Below, piece by piece: positions 35,806-45,597 of a stretch of DNA of 64,000 nt (its first letter is position 1; each line of letters opens with the position of its first letter). The position numbers and the translations under genes are program-made. The stretch is from NCBI GenBank assembly GCA_964228555.1, contig CAXQZU010000045.1, positions 42,634 to 106,633 on the forward strand, written 5' to 3'. This stretch comes from Planctomycetota bacterium (GTDB taxonomy: Bacteria; Planctomycetota; PLA2; JAEUHO01). The notes below the pieces were generated by a model. That model had not been told where the DNA came from and did not search any database. It worked only from the letters and a program-made list of their open reading frames with translations.

Positions 35806-36755
35806 GCGGGCCGTCCCTCGCCGGAGAGCAGGCGGTGGAACACGCTCTCGAGGTCCTCCACCACGGGCTCCACGCGACGCACGCGTGCGCCGCCGGCTGC
35901 GGCGGCGGCCAGCAGCAGCGCCACGGCCTCGGGCGCGCGCGCGGGCTCGATGCGCGCGGTGAAGCTGCGTCGCGGCCCCTCGTCCTCGCTGCCGCGCGGC
36001 TGCAGCGTGAAGCCTCGCCGGGACGCCTCGTCCGCAAAGGCAGGTCCGTGGCCCTCCACCTCCAGCAGGAAGGTGCCGGGCAGGGGGGCGAGGTCCTTGA
36101 TCGGGAACAGGCCGCGCACCTCGCCCTGGTGCATCACCACCACCTGGTCGGCGCTGCGCTGCACCTCGGGCAGCACGTGCGAGGACCACACCACGTGCTT
36201 GCGGTGCTGGCGGGCCAGGTCGTCGATGAGGGCCAGCATCTCGTCGCGGCCCGCGGGGTCCAGGCCCGAGGTGGGCTCGTCGAGGAAGACCAACGCCGGG
36301 TCGTGCACCAGCGCCTGCGCCAGCTTGAAGCGCTGGCGCATGCCGGTGGAGTACTCCACCACGGGCCGGTAGACGGCCTCGCCCAGCCCCACGTGGTGCA
36401 GCACGTCGTGCGCACGGCGCAGGGCCTCGTTGCGCGGCAGGCCCGAGAGCCGGCCGAGGAAGGCCACGGCCTGCACGCCGTTCATGGCCGGCATCCACGC
36501 GTCGTGCTCGGGCATGAAGCCCATGCGCCGGCGCGCCTCGCGCGGCTGGGTGCGGGCATCCACGCCCAGCACGCGCACCTCGCCCTCGAAGCCCCTGAGC
36601 AGGCCCAGCACGCACTGCAGCAGCGTGCTCTTGCCGGCCCCGTTGGGGCCCAGCAGGCCGGTGACGCCCTCGGGCACCTCGACGCTCACGTTGCGCAGGG
36701 CCGGCGGCCGTCGGCCGTAGGCCTTGGTCAGGCTGCGGATGGAGACCACGCTCAC
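35802..36755 (-). CDS. ABC transporter ATP-binding protein (module 2)
   Basis: Walker A is GPNGAGKST, the signature is YSTGMRQRF, Walker B is LVFLDEP and the H-loop is SSHVL. It is a paralog of 33953..34879. The GTGA overlaps the upstream gene stop. Confidence 0.9.
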   Translation of the reverse strand: MSVVSIRSLTKAYGRRPPALRNVSVEVPEGVTGLLGPNGAGKSTLLQCVLGLLRGFEGEVRVLGVDARTQPREARRRMGFMPEHDAWMPAMNGVQAVAFLGRLSGLPRNEALRRAHDVLHHVGLGEAVYRPVVEYSTGMRQRFKLAQALVHDPALVFLDEPTSGLDPAGRDEMLALIDDLARQHRKHVVWSSHVLPEVQRSADQVVVMHQGEVRGLFPIKDLAPLPGTFLLEVEGHGPAFADEASRRGFTLQPRGSEDEGPRRSFTARIEPARAPEAVALLLAAAAAGGARVRRVEPVVEDLESVFHRLLSGEGRPA

Positions 36756-37768
36756 GCGTCGCCCTTGCGCCGGCGGGCCGGTCGTGAGGTGCGCGGGCGC
36801 CGCACGCGCGCCGGCGGCGTCGGAGCCGGGTCGGGCGGGGCCGCCGCGGGCGCCGCTGGAGGCGAGGCAGGGCCGGCTGGGGCGGCCTGCGCCGGCCGCT
36901 GCACGCCCGGCGGCAGCGGCAGGCTGGCCGGCACCTCGCCCTGGGGCTCGAAGCGCTCGCGGTAGGCGGCCAGCACCGTGGCGGCCGTCTCCTCGATGGC
37001 CTTGCGCGTGATGTCGATCACGGTCCACTGCGGGTGCGCGGCGTACAGGCTGCGCGCGTACTCGATCTCGCGCCGGATGTGGGCCAGCTCGCCGTAATCG
37101 CTCTCCGGCGGCATGCCCAGCGCCTCCATGCGCGTCTGGCGGATGCGCATCAGGTGCAGCGGGTCGATCAGCAGGCCGAACACGCGTCGCGGGTCCAGCC
37201 CTGCCAGCTCGCCCGGCAGCGGCACGTCCAGCACGATGGGCACGTTGGCCACCTTGTAGCCGCGCTGCGCCACGTAGTGCGACAGCGGCGTCTTGCCCGA
37301 GCGGCTGATGCCGAGGAACACGATGTCGGCGCGGCGCAGGTTGCGCGGGTCCTTGCCGTCGTCCTGCCGCACCGTGAACTCCACGGCATCGATGCGCCGG
37401 AAGTACTCGGCGTTCGTGGTGTAGCCCAGCCCCGGCACGGCCAGCGGGGCACGGCCCAGGTGCTGCGCCAGCCGCGTCACCAGCGGCCCCAGCAGGTCCA
37501 GCGAGGGCACCTCGAGGTCCTCGGCCACCTCGATCATCACGCCGCGCAGCTCGGGCTGCACCAGCGTGTAGACCACCAGCGCACCCTGCAGCTGGGCGGC
37601 GGCCATCACGGTCTCGATGCTGCGGCGGTCGCGCACGTGGGGGAACAGCCGCACGCGCGCGCGACCGTCGTCGCCGAACTGCGCCAGCGCGGCCTTGGCG
37701 GCCGCCTCCGCGGTGGTGCCGGTGGCGTCGCTGACGGCGAAGACGAGCGGGGCGGCGCCGTCGCTCAT
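36752..37768 (-). CDS. pyruvate,phosphate dikinase / PEP synthase regulatory protein-like kinase-pyrophosphorylase (PDRP, DUF299) with Pro/Ala-rich basic tail
   Basis: 338 aa. LVFAVSDATGTTAE opens the N-terminus, the P-loop is FLGISRSGKTPLS and YKVANVPIV follows. It has a 60-aa C-terminal low-complexity extension. The ATGA overlaps the moaE stop. Confidence 0.85.
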   Translation of the reverse strand: MSDGAAPLVFAVSDATGTTAEAAAKAALAQFGDDGRARVRLFPHVRDRRSIETVMAAAQLQGALVVYTLVQPELRGVMIEVAEDLEVPSLDLLGPLVTRLAQHLGRAPLAVPGLGYTTNAEYFRRIDAVEFTVRQDDGKDPRNLRRADIVFLGISRSGKTPLSHYVAQRGYKVANVPIVLDVPLPGELAGLDPRRVFGLLIDPLHLMRIRQTRMEALGMPPESDYGELAHIRREIEYARSLYAAHPQWTVIDITRKAIEETAATVLAAYRERFEPQGEVPASLPLPPGVQRPAQAAPAGPASPPAAPAAAPPDPAPTPPARVRRPRTSRPARRRKGDA

Positions 37769-38208
37769 GCCGTCCTCGCGGCGGCGCGCGCCTGCGGGTC
37801 GGTGGCGCTCCCGACCCAGCGCGTGCCGTCCTCGAAGTGCTCGCGCTTCCAGATGGGCACGTCCTGCTTGAGGCGCTGGATGTAGTCGGCCGTGGCGGCC
37901 AGCGCCGCCTCGCGGTGGGGGGCGCCCACGGCCAGCACCATGGCCGTCTCGCCCACGGGCACGGCCCCCAGGCGGGGGGCGCAGGCGATGGCGCCCACGC
38001 CGTGGCGCGCGCGCACGGCCACGGCCAGTTCCTCCAGCCCGGCCAGCGCCATGGGCTCGAAGGCCTCGTACCACAGGCCCGTCACGCGGCGCCCGGCGGT
38101 GCTGGCCCGCGCGTCGCCATGGAACACGAGCACGGCCCCGTGCTCGGGGCTAGCCACGGCGCGGCGCAGGGCCTCGGCGTCCAGCGGGCCGTGACGCAGC
38201 AGGAACAC
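37765..38208 (-). CDS. moaE: molybdopterin synthase catalytic subunit MoaE
   Basis: 147 aa. GAVLVFHGDAR, MVLAVGAPHREAAL and YIQRLKQDVPIWKRE are MoaE family motifs. Confidence 0.9.
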   Translation of the reverse strand: MFLLRHGPLDAEALRRAVASPEHGAVLVFHGDARASTAGRRVTGLWYEAFEPMALAGLEELAVAVRARHGVGAIACAPRLGAVPVGETAMVLAVGAPHREAALAATADYIQRLKQDVPIWKREHFEDGTRWVGSATDPQARAAARTA

Positions 38209-38209
38209 G

Positions 38210-38455
38210 CTAGCCCCCGCTCACCGGGGGGATGAGCGCCACCTCGTCGCCGTCCTGCAGCAGCAGGCCAGGCTCCGCGAAGCGCGTGCCCACCGCCCTG
38301 CGCAGGCCCGCGCGGTGCGCCGCGAGGGCGGGACGGCGCGCGCCGAGCAGGTCCAGCAGGTCACCGGCCCGCGTGCCGGGCGGGACCTCCAGCGACTCCT
38401 CGCCCAGGGCCAAGGCCTCGCGGAGCGCAGCGAAGTAGCGGACCTGCACGCGCAT
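38210..38455 (-). CDS. moaD: molybdopterin synthase sulfur carrier subunit MoaD (ubiquitin-like, C-terminal GG)
   Basis: 81 aa. The sequence MRVQVRYFAALREALG...DGDEVALIPPVSGG ends in Gly-Gly. Confidence 0.8.
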   Translation of the reverse strand: MRVQVRYFAALREALALGEESLEVPPGTRAGDLLDLLGARRPALAAHRAGLRRAVGTRFAEPGLLLQDGDEVALIPPVSGG

Positions 38456-38517
38456 GCGCGGAGTGTACGGCAGGCCTCGGCCACGGGACCCGGGCGTCCC
38501 CGCCGCGCGGCAGGCGC

Positions 38518-39930
38518 CTATCTCGAGAGCGCGGCCAGCCACGCCAGGGCGCTGGCTTCCTTGCCGCCCTTGGCCTTGTACTCCTGCAGGTGCAGGCGTG
38601 CCTGCTCGAGGTTGCCGAGGCGGTCGCCGTAGAGCACCGCGAGGTAGAAGTGCGGATCGGGGTCCCCCGGGGCCAGTCGCGCCGCCTCGCGGAAGGCCTC
38701 TGCCGCCTGCGTCCAGCGCTTCTTCTGCATCAGGGCGAAGCCCAGGCGCAGCGGCAGGCCGGCCTCGGCGGGATGGGCCTTGGCGGCCTCGCGCAGCACC
38801 TCGATGGCGTCGTCCACCTGCTCCCGCTCAAGCAGCGCAGCCACCAGCGCCAGCGCGTAGCGCGGCTGCGAGGGGTCCAGCGAGAGGGCCTTGCGGTAGG
38901 CCGCCACAGCCGTCTCGGGCTGCTGCGTGCGCTGGGCGACGACGCCCTGCAGGAAGGCGACCTGCGCATCCTTGGGCGCGAGGCGTGCCGCCTGCGCCAG
39001 CAGCTTGCGAGCCTCGGCCCACTCCTCCCGCTGCACGGCCAGGGCTGCGGCCTGCAGCGTGGCCAGGGCACTGGGCGCCTCCAGCGGCCCGGCTGCGGCC
39101 ATGGCCTTGGCAGCCAGGTCCCACTGCTCGACCTCCGCGAGCGCAGCGGCCAGCACGCGCAGCAGCGCCGGGTCGCGCTGGGCGCGACGCAGGGCCTCCT
39201 CGTAGGCGGTCAAGGCGCCCGCCCGGTCGCCGGCCAGCGCCTTCACCAGCCCCAGGTGCAGCCAGCTGTCGGCCTCCTCGGGCTGCTTGGCGATGCCCTC
39301 CTCGACCAGCTTGCGCGCCTCGCGCGACATGCCGGGCGTGCGCGCCAGGGCCAGCGCCAGCGCGTTGCGGGCCGGGCCGTGACCGGGCGCGAGCACGCGG
39401 GCCGCGCGGTAGGCCTCCACGGCAGGCACCAGCGCTCCCGCCTGCTCGCGCAGCCAGCCGATGCGCAGCCAGGCAGCGGCCGTCGGTGCCAGGGCCACGT
39501 GCTGCTCGAGGGCCTGCAGCGCCAGCCCTCGCTGGCCCCGTGCCTCCTCCACCTTGGCGAGCACGTCATAGGACTCGGCCAGGCCGTGCGCCACGCCCTG
39601 CGGAAGGCCCAGGCGTGCGCGCACCGCAGCCCACATGCGCGCACAACCGCGCTCGCCCCCCTCGAGCCATCCAGCGAGGAAGGCCGCCACCTGGTCGGCA
39701 GGAGCCGCCGCCAGCCGTTCAGTCACGGCCTTGCGCGCGCGCTCGGGGCGCCCCGCGGCAGTCCAGGCCTCGGCCATCGCGAGGCCACGCGTCACCAGGT
39801 CAGGGCGTTCGCGCCAGCGCGCCTCGAGGGCCTCGGCCTCCGTGCCGGCCGCGCCATCGGCCCGTGCCGGGGAAGGCAGCGCCAGTGCGGTGCCCAGCAC
39901 CAGCAGCAGGCTTGCAACGGTGCGCTTCAT
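38518..39930 (-). CDS. secreted TPR-repeat protein
   Basis: It has a signal peptide (MKRTVASLLLVLGTALALPSPARA). Consecutive TPR-like repeats run to the C-terminus. Confidence 0.75.
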   Translation of the reverse strand: MKRTVASLLLVLGTALALPSPARADGAAGTEAEALEARWRERPDLVTRGLAMAEAWTAAGRPERARKAVTERLAAAPADQVAAFLAGWLEGGERGCARMWAAVRARLGLPQGVAHGLAESYDVLAKVEEARGQRGLALQALEQHVALAPTAAAWLRIGWLREQAGALVPAVEAYRAARVLAPGHGPARNALALALARTPGMSREARKLVEEGIAKQPEEADSWLHLGLVKALAGDRAGALTAYEEALRRAQRDPALLRVLAAALAEVEQWDLAAKAMAAAGPLEAPSALATLQAAALAVQREEWAEARKLLAQAARLAPKDAQVAFLQGVVAQRTQQPETAVAAYRKALSLDPSQPRYALALVAALLEREQVDDAIEVLREAAKAHPAEAGLPLRLGFALMQKKRWTQAAEAFREAARLAPGDPDPHFYLAVLYGDRLGNLEQARLHLQEYKAKGGKEASALAWLAALSR

Positions 39931-40007
39931 GCGGGACCTAGACGTACCACGGCCGCGCGTGGACCTTCCACGCGCGGCCGCGATGCGGACTGGGAGTCAT
40001 GCGGGGC

Positions 40008-40922
40008 TTACTTGCCCTGCGGCGCGGGCTCGCTGGGGACCGGCTCTGCCGCGGGCGGCGGGGGCGGCGGACGCTCGCCCTTCGGTGCGGGCGGGGGCTC
40101 GCTGCCCTCAGGCGGCGGGGGACGGTCCCCCTTGGGCGGGGGCGGGCCCTTCGGCTCGCCCTTCTGCCCCTGCGGGGGCGGGGGACGCTCGCCCTTCGGC
40201 GGGGGCGGCGGCTTGCTGCCCTCCGGCGGAGCCGGCGGCTGCTCGCCCGTCCCGGCCTCGGGCGGCGGGGGCGCATCCTCCGCGCCAGGCGGGGGCGGAG
40301 GCGGGGGGTTGTCACCACCACCCGGGGGAGGCGGGGGCGGGGGCTCGTCGCCAGGCGGCGGGGGCGGGGGCAGGCCGCGTTCACGCAGCTCGCGCATCAC
40401 CTTCTTCACGATGCCGTCCACGAGGTCTTCCACCGCGTCCTTCGACTCGGCAGCTTCGCGCGCGCCCATCTCCTCCTCGCAGGCCTGCTCGCGCTGCTCC
40501 TCGGGCGAGGGCGGCTGCTCGCCTTCCTTGGGCTCCCGGCCCTCGGGAGGCGGGCCCTTCTTGTCGCCCTTGGCCGGCGGCTGCGCGGGCTTCTTGCCCT
40601 CCTTCGCAGGCGGCGGCGGCTTGGTGCCTTCCTTGGGCGGCGGCGCCTGCTCCTTCGGCGGCGGCGGCGCCTGCTCCTTCGGCGGGGGCGGTGCACTCTC
40701 CTTCGCGGGGGGGGTGGCGCCCTCCTTGGGCGGCGGGGGCTGGCTGGGCGCAGGAGGCGGACGGTCGCCACCCGCGGCGCCGCCGGGGCGCGGCGGGGGC
40801 CCGCCGCCGCCGCCGCGAGCCTCGGCGGCCTTGAGGGAGGAGGTGCCAGCCAGCAGGCCCGCAACGGCCAGCAAGGCCATGAGGGTCAGGGAGGCCGAGG
40901 GGCGCCCAGTCGAGGTGTGCAT
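40008..40922 (-). CDS. secreted proline-rich low-complexity protein
   Basis: It has a signal peptide (LTLMALLAVAGLLAGTSSLKAAEA). PPPPKE and KGERPPPP repeats flank an acidic helical core (EEQREQACEEEMGAREAAESKDAVEDLVDGIVKKVMRELRERG). It carries the only TAA stop in the window. Confidence 0.55.
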   Translation of the reverse strand: MHTSTGRPSASLTLMALLAVAGLLAGTSSLKAAEARGGGGGPPPRPGGAAGGDRPPPAPSQPPPPKEGATPPAKESAPPPPKEQAPPPPKEQAPPPKEGTKPPPPAKEGKKPAQPPAKGDKKGPPPEGREPKEGEQPPSPEEQREQACEEEMGAREAAESKDAVEDLVDGIVKKVMRELRERGLPPPPPPGDEPPPPPPPGGGDNPPPPPPPGAEDAPPPPEAGTGEQPPAPPEGSKPPPPPKGERPPPPQGQKGEPKGPPPPKGDRPPPPEGSEPPPAPKGERPPPPPPAAEPVPSEPAPQGK

Positions 40923-41065
40923 GCGGGACTCCTAGGGGACGACGCACCTTGAGCAAGACTCGTACCGTCTGCCACCGCGCTGGCGAAGGAGGATGCAAGA
41001 TGTTGCTGGAGAGTGGCTTGCGTCCTCTCCCTGCCGCGCCTCGCGGTCCGCTGCCCGCGTCCGGC

Positions 41066-41102
41066 GTCGACAATCCTGTCGACGGGGCGACAGGCTTGTC
41101 GC
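41066..41102. promoter_or_regulatory. two tandem inverted repeats sharing CGACA-N4-TGTCG, centres 20 bp apart
   Basis: GTCGACA-ATCC-TGTCGAC spans 41066-41083 and GCGACA-GGCT-TGTCGC spans 41087-41102. They begin 7 nt past the stop of the NtrC-like gene and lie 145-180 bp upstream of the proline-rich protein gene. Confidence 0.4.
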
Positions 41103-41108
41103 TGGGCC

Positions 41109-42480
<1,372 letters not shown>

Positions 42481-42488
<8 letters not shown>

Positions 42489-44142
42489 GGGATGCTCCAG
42501 CGGCCGCCGGAAGGCGCAGCTCGACACGCGCGCCCCCGGCGGGAGTGTCCAGCAGCAGCATGCGCCCGCCCTGCTGCTGCACGAAACGCGCGGCCAGCGG
42601 CAGGCCCAGCCCGTGGCCACCGGGCCGGCCGCGCGCGCCCACGCGCAGCAGCTCCTCGCGGCCCTGCGCCGGGAAGCCGGGCCCGGCGTCGTCCACCTGC
42701 AGGCAGGCCTCGCCGGGCGCGCCCGCATGCCAGCCCAGCCGCACGCGCCCGCCGGGCGGGGAGGCCTCCAGCGCGTTGCGGGCCAGGCTGGCCAGCGCCT
42801 GCTCGAGCAGCACGGGGTCGCCCAGCACGGGCGGTGCGGCCGGCGCCACGTCCAGCCCCACCTGCACGTCGCGCGCGGCGGCCTGCGCGGCGACGCGCGC
42901 GCGCACGCGCTCGAGCAGCGCGGGTCCCACGGGCACGCGCGCGCCCTCGGGCACGCGCGCCAGCTCGAGGAAGGAGGACAGGGTGCGGCCCATGCGCGCC
43001 GACTCTGCCTGCAGCGTCTGCAGCACCTCGGCCTGCTCGCCCGGCGGCAGGGTGGGCAGCAGTCCCAGGCCCAGCCGCACGGCGTTGAGCGGGTTGCTGA
43101 TCTCGTGCGTGACCAGCGCCGCCAGCGCGCCCATCTGCGCGAGGCGGCCCTCTTCCTCGCGTTGCGCGGCCTGCCGCCGCTCGGCCTCGCGAGCGGAGCG
43201 CTCGCGCCAGGCGAGCCAGCCGCCGGCAGCCAGCAAGCCCAGCGTGCCCAGCGCCACGCCCAGCGCCAGCACGCGTTGCGAGGCACCCAGCGCGGCATCG
43301 GCCGGGGCGCTGTCCAGCGCCACGTCCACGCGCACCACCCGGCCGTCGGCCAGCGTGCAGGGCAGCACGGCGCGCATGGCGCCGTCCGCCTCCTCGACGG
43401 TGGCAGCACCGTCGGGGCGCGCCGGTGCCAGCGCGAGCGCGGCCTCGGGCACGCCCAGCAGCACCTCGCCGGCCCCGTCCAGCAGGCGCACGTGCCGCAC
43501 GCCCGGCTGCGAGCCGACGCGCTCCAGCAGCGGGGCGATGCCGAAGCGCCGGCGCAACGCCACCACCTCGGCCGCCTCGGCGCGCAGCAGCAGCGTGCCG
43601 CCGCCGGGGCGGCCGTAGGCCAGCCCGAAGCGCTCGCGCGCGGCCAGTGCACCGGCTGCGAGGCCCTCGACCTGCACCGTGCCGGGGGCGGGCGCCAGCG
43701 AGCGCGCCGCCCGCGCCGCCTCCTCGCGATCGACCGATTCCGCCTGCGCCCGCAGCCGTGCCGCATCCTCGTCCATGGCCGGCAAGGATGCGGGATGACG
43801 GGCCATGGCCATCACCTCCCCGTCGGCCGACACCAGCGCGATGCGCCCCACGCGCTCCTCGCGCGCCACGCGCTCCAGCAGGTCGGCCGTGGGCGCCAGC
43901 GCGCCCTCCAGCAGCGCTTGCGTGCGGCGTGCAGCCGCCGCCAGCCGGTCGGCCAGGTGCTGCTCGGCGGCAGCCAGCGTGCCGCTGGCCTCGCGCGCCG
44001 CCGCGGCCAGCGTCTCGGCCAGCGTCATGGCCTCGGCCTCCAGCGCCCGCGTGCGCTGGGTGCGCGCGTCGTGGGCGGCGAGCCACGCCAGCCCGCCCAG
44101 CAGGAGCAGGACGAGCAGGAAGGCGGGCCCGAGCGTGCGCAC
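42481..44142 (-). CDS. membrane sensor histidine kinase
   Basis: It has two TM segments around a periplasmic domain of about 280 aa. The H-box is LVTHEISNPLN. The N and G boxes are ARNALEA, DDAGPGF and GGHGLGLPLA. Its 3' end overlaps the regulator gene start (42481..42488). Confidence 0.85.
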
Positions 44143-44176
44143 GGCCCGATGCTACCTGCGCACGCCGGCGGCCTGC

Positions 44177-45151
44177 TCAGCGGTCGCGCGAGGGCGCCTC
44201 CCAGCGCGCGTGCGCCGGCGTGTTGCGCACAAACCAGTCCCACAGCAGGCCGCCGTAGGACCGGGCGCGGATGCCGTGGGCATCGAGGAAGGGCTGCAGG
44301 AGGCGGCGCAGGGCGGGCATGCGGTAGCAGGGCATGCGCGGGAAGTAGTGGTGCTCGAGGTGGTAGTTGCTGAACAGGAAGACGCGATCCCACAGCAGCG
44401 GGCTGCGCACCATGAGCGTGCCCCACGCAGCCGGGTCAGCCGGGTCCACGTCGTAGTGCTGTCCCAGCCGGTTGATCGTGAAGGCGATGGGGAACACGAC
44501 GAACACCGGCAGCAGGTGCAGGCGCAGGGCGCTGGCCGGGCCCAGCAGCAGCCACAGCGCGGTGGGGACCGCGAGGTGCAGCAGGATCGCGGCCATGCGC
44601 TCGCGCCGCACCTGCCGCTGCACCTCGGGCGGGTAGCCGGCGGCGGCCTTGCGCGCGGCCCGGAAGTAGATCGGGAACAGCGCCGGCGTGAGGTAGAGCG
44701 CCTTGAGCCAGCGCGCCCGGCGCTTGGGGGAGAGGTAGGCGCGCTTGGGGTCGAGGTCGCTGGTCCCCAGGTGGTCGTGGTGGGCGAGGTGCCAGCGCGT
44801 GAACTGGGTCTGGGAGAGCCCGCTGGGGCAGGCGTAGAGGTGGCCCAGCAGGCGCTCCAGCCGCGGCCGGCGCTGGGCGAACACGGCCCCGTGCACCACC
44901 TCGTGCAGCAGGGTGGTGAGCGCGAAGATGGCGAAGCCGATCACGACGCTGGCCGGAACCCACGCCCAGGGCGTGTCGGGACCGCGCAGGATCACGAAGG
45001 CGGCGCCGGCCAGCGCCAGCAGAGGCTGGGCGGCCAGCAGCGCGTGGCGCCAGCCCGAGGGCCGGTGCAGCTCGCGCAGGCGCTCTGCCCCCAGCGAGCG
45101 CGCGAGCTCGGGGAGGAAGGTGCGCGAGGCCTGGTCCCAGGACGACGCCAT
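44177..45151 (-). CDS. membrane fatty acid desaturase family protein
   Basis: It has three His boxes (HEVVH, HLAHHDH, HLEHH) with intervening TM helices. Confidence 0.85.
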   Translation of the reverse strand: MASSWDQASRTFLPELARSLGAERLRELHRPSGWRHALLAAQPLLALAGAAFVILRGPDTPWAWVPASVVIGFAIFALTTLLHEVVHGAVFAQRRPRLERLLGHLYACPSGLSQTQFTRWHLAHHDHLGTSDLDPKRAYLSPKRRARWLKALYLTPALFPIYFRAARKAAAGYPPEVQRQVRRERMAAILLHLAVPTALWLLLGPASALRLHLLPVFVVFPIAFTINRLGQHYDVDPADPAAWGTLMVRSPLLWDRVFLFSNYHLEHHYFPRMPCYRMPALRRLLQPFLDAHGIRARSYGGLLWDWFVRNTPAHARWEAPSRDR

Positions 45152-45227
45152 CGCCCCGGACTGTACCGGTCGGCGGGCGGGGGCCCTGCCGCGTCCGGGT
45201 GCCGGCCGGGGAGCCGGTGCCGGGCCC

Positions 45228-45572
45228 CTAGGGCCCCGCCCCGGCCCCGCGCCGTCGCGCCGGGCGCGCGGCGGCCTGCCGCCGGGCCTGCTCCTCCACC
45301 ACGAGCCGTCGCGAGGCGGCCAGCACCGTGCGCAGGATGAGGGCAAGCTCGCTGCGCGGGAAGCCTCCCGGGGCAGCGTGCAGCATGCGTCGCAGCATGG
45401 ACCGCTCGCGAGCCGGGTCGGCCGCGGGCAGGCCGTGGCGTGCCTTGGCGTGCGCCAGCCGTCGCGCCAGCCCGGCCCGGGCCTGGAGCAGCACCACGAG
45501 CCGCGCGTTGAGCCGGTCCACCTGCGCGCGCATGCGGCGGATCTCGGCGGGCAGCGCGGGCTTCGCGGGCAT
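45228..45572 (-). CDS. chorismate mutase (AroQ class, type II)
   Basis: IRRMRAQVDRLNARLVVLLQARAGLARRLAHAKARHGLPAADPARERSML matches the AroQ helix 1-2 pattern. The start is at MPAKP. The upstream ATG at 45599 would overlap the divergent U32 start. Confidence 0.7.
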   Translation of the reverse strand: MPAKPALPAEIRRMRAQVDRLNARLVVLLQARAGLARRLAHAKARHGLPAADPARERSMLRRMLHAAPGGFPRSELALILRTVLAASRRLVVEEQARRQAAARPARRRGAGAGP

Positions 45573-45597
45573 GCGTGCAGGATGGTACCGTCGCGCC

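Noticed and set aside
40923-41065. sigma54 promoter expected between the tandem inverted repeats and the proline-rich gene
   Set aside because: On the minus strand a good TTGCAT -12-like box exists, but the -24 position reads CAGCAA with no GG. A TGGCAG nearby has no GC at the correct spacing. There is no convincing -24/-12 element.
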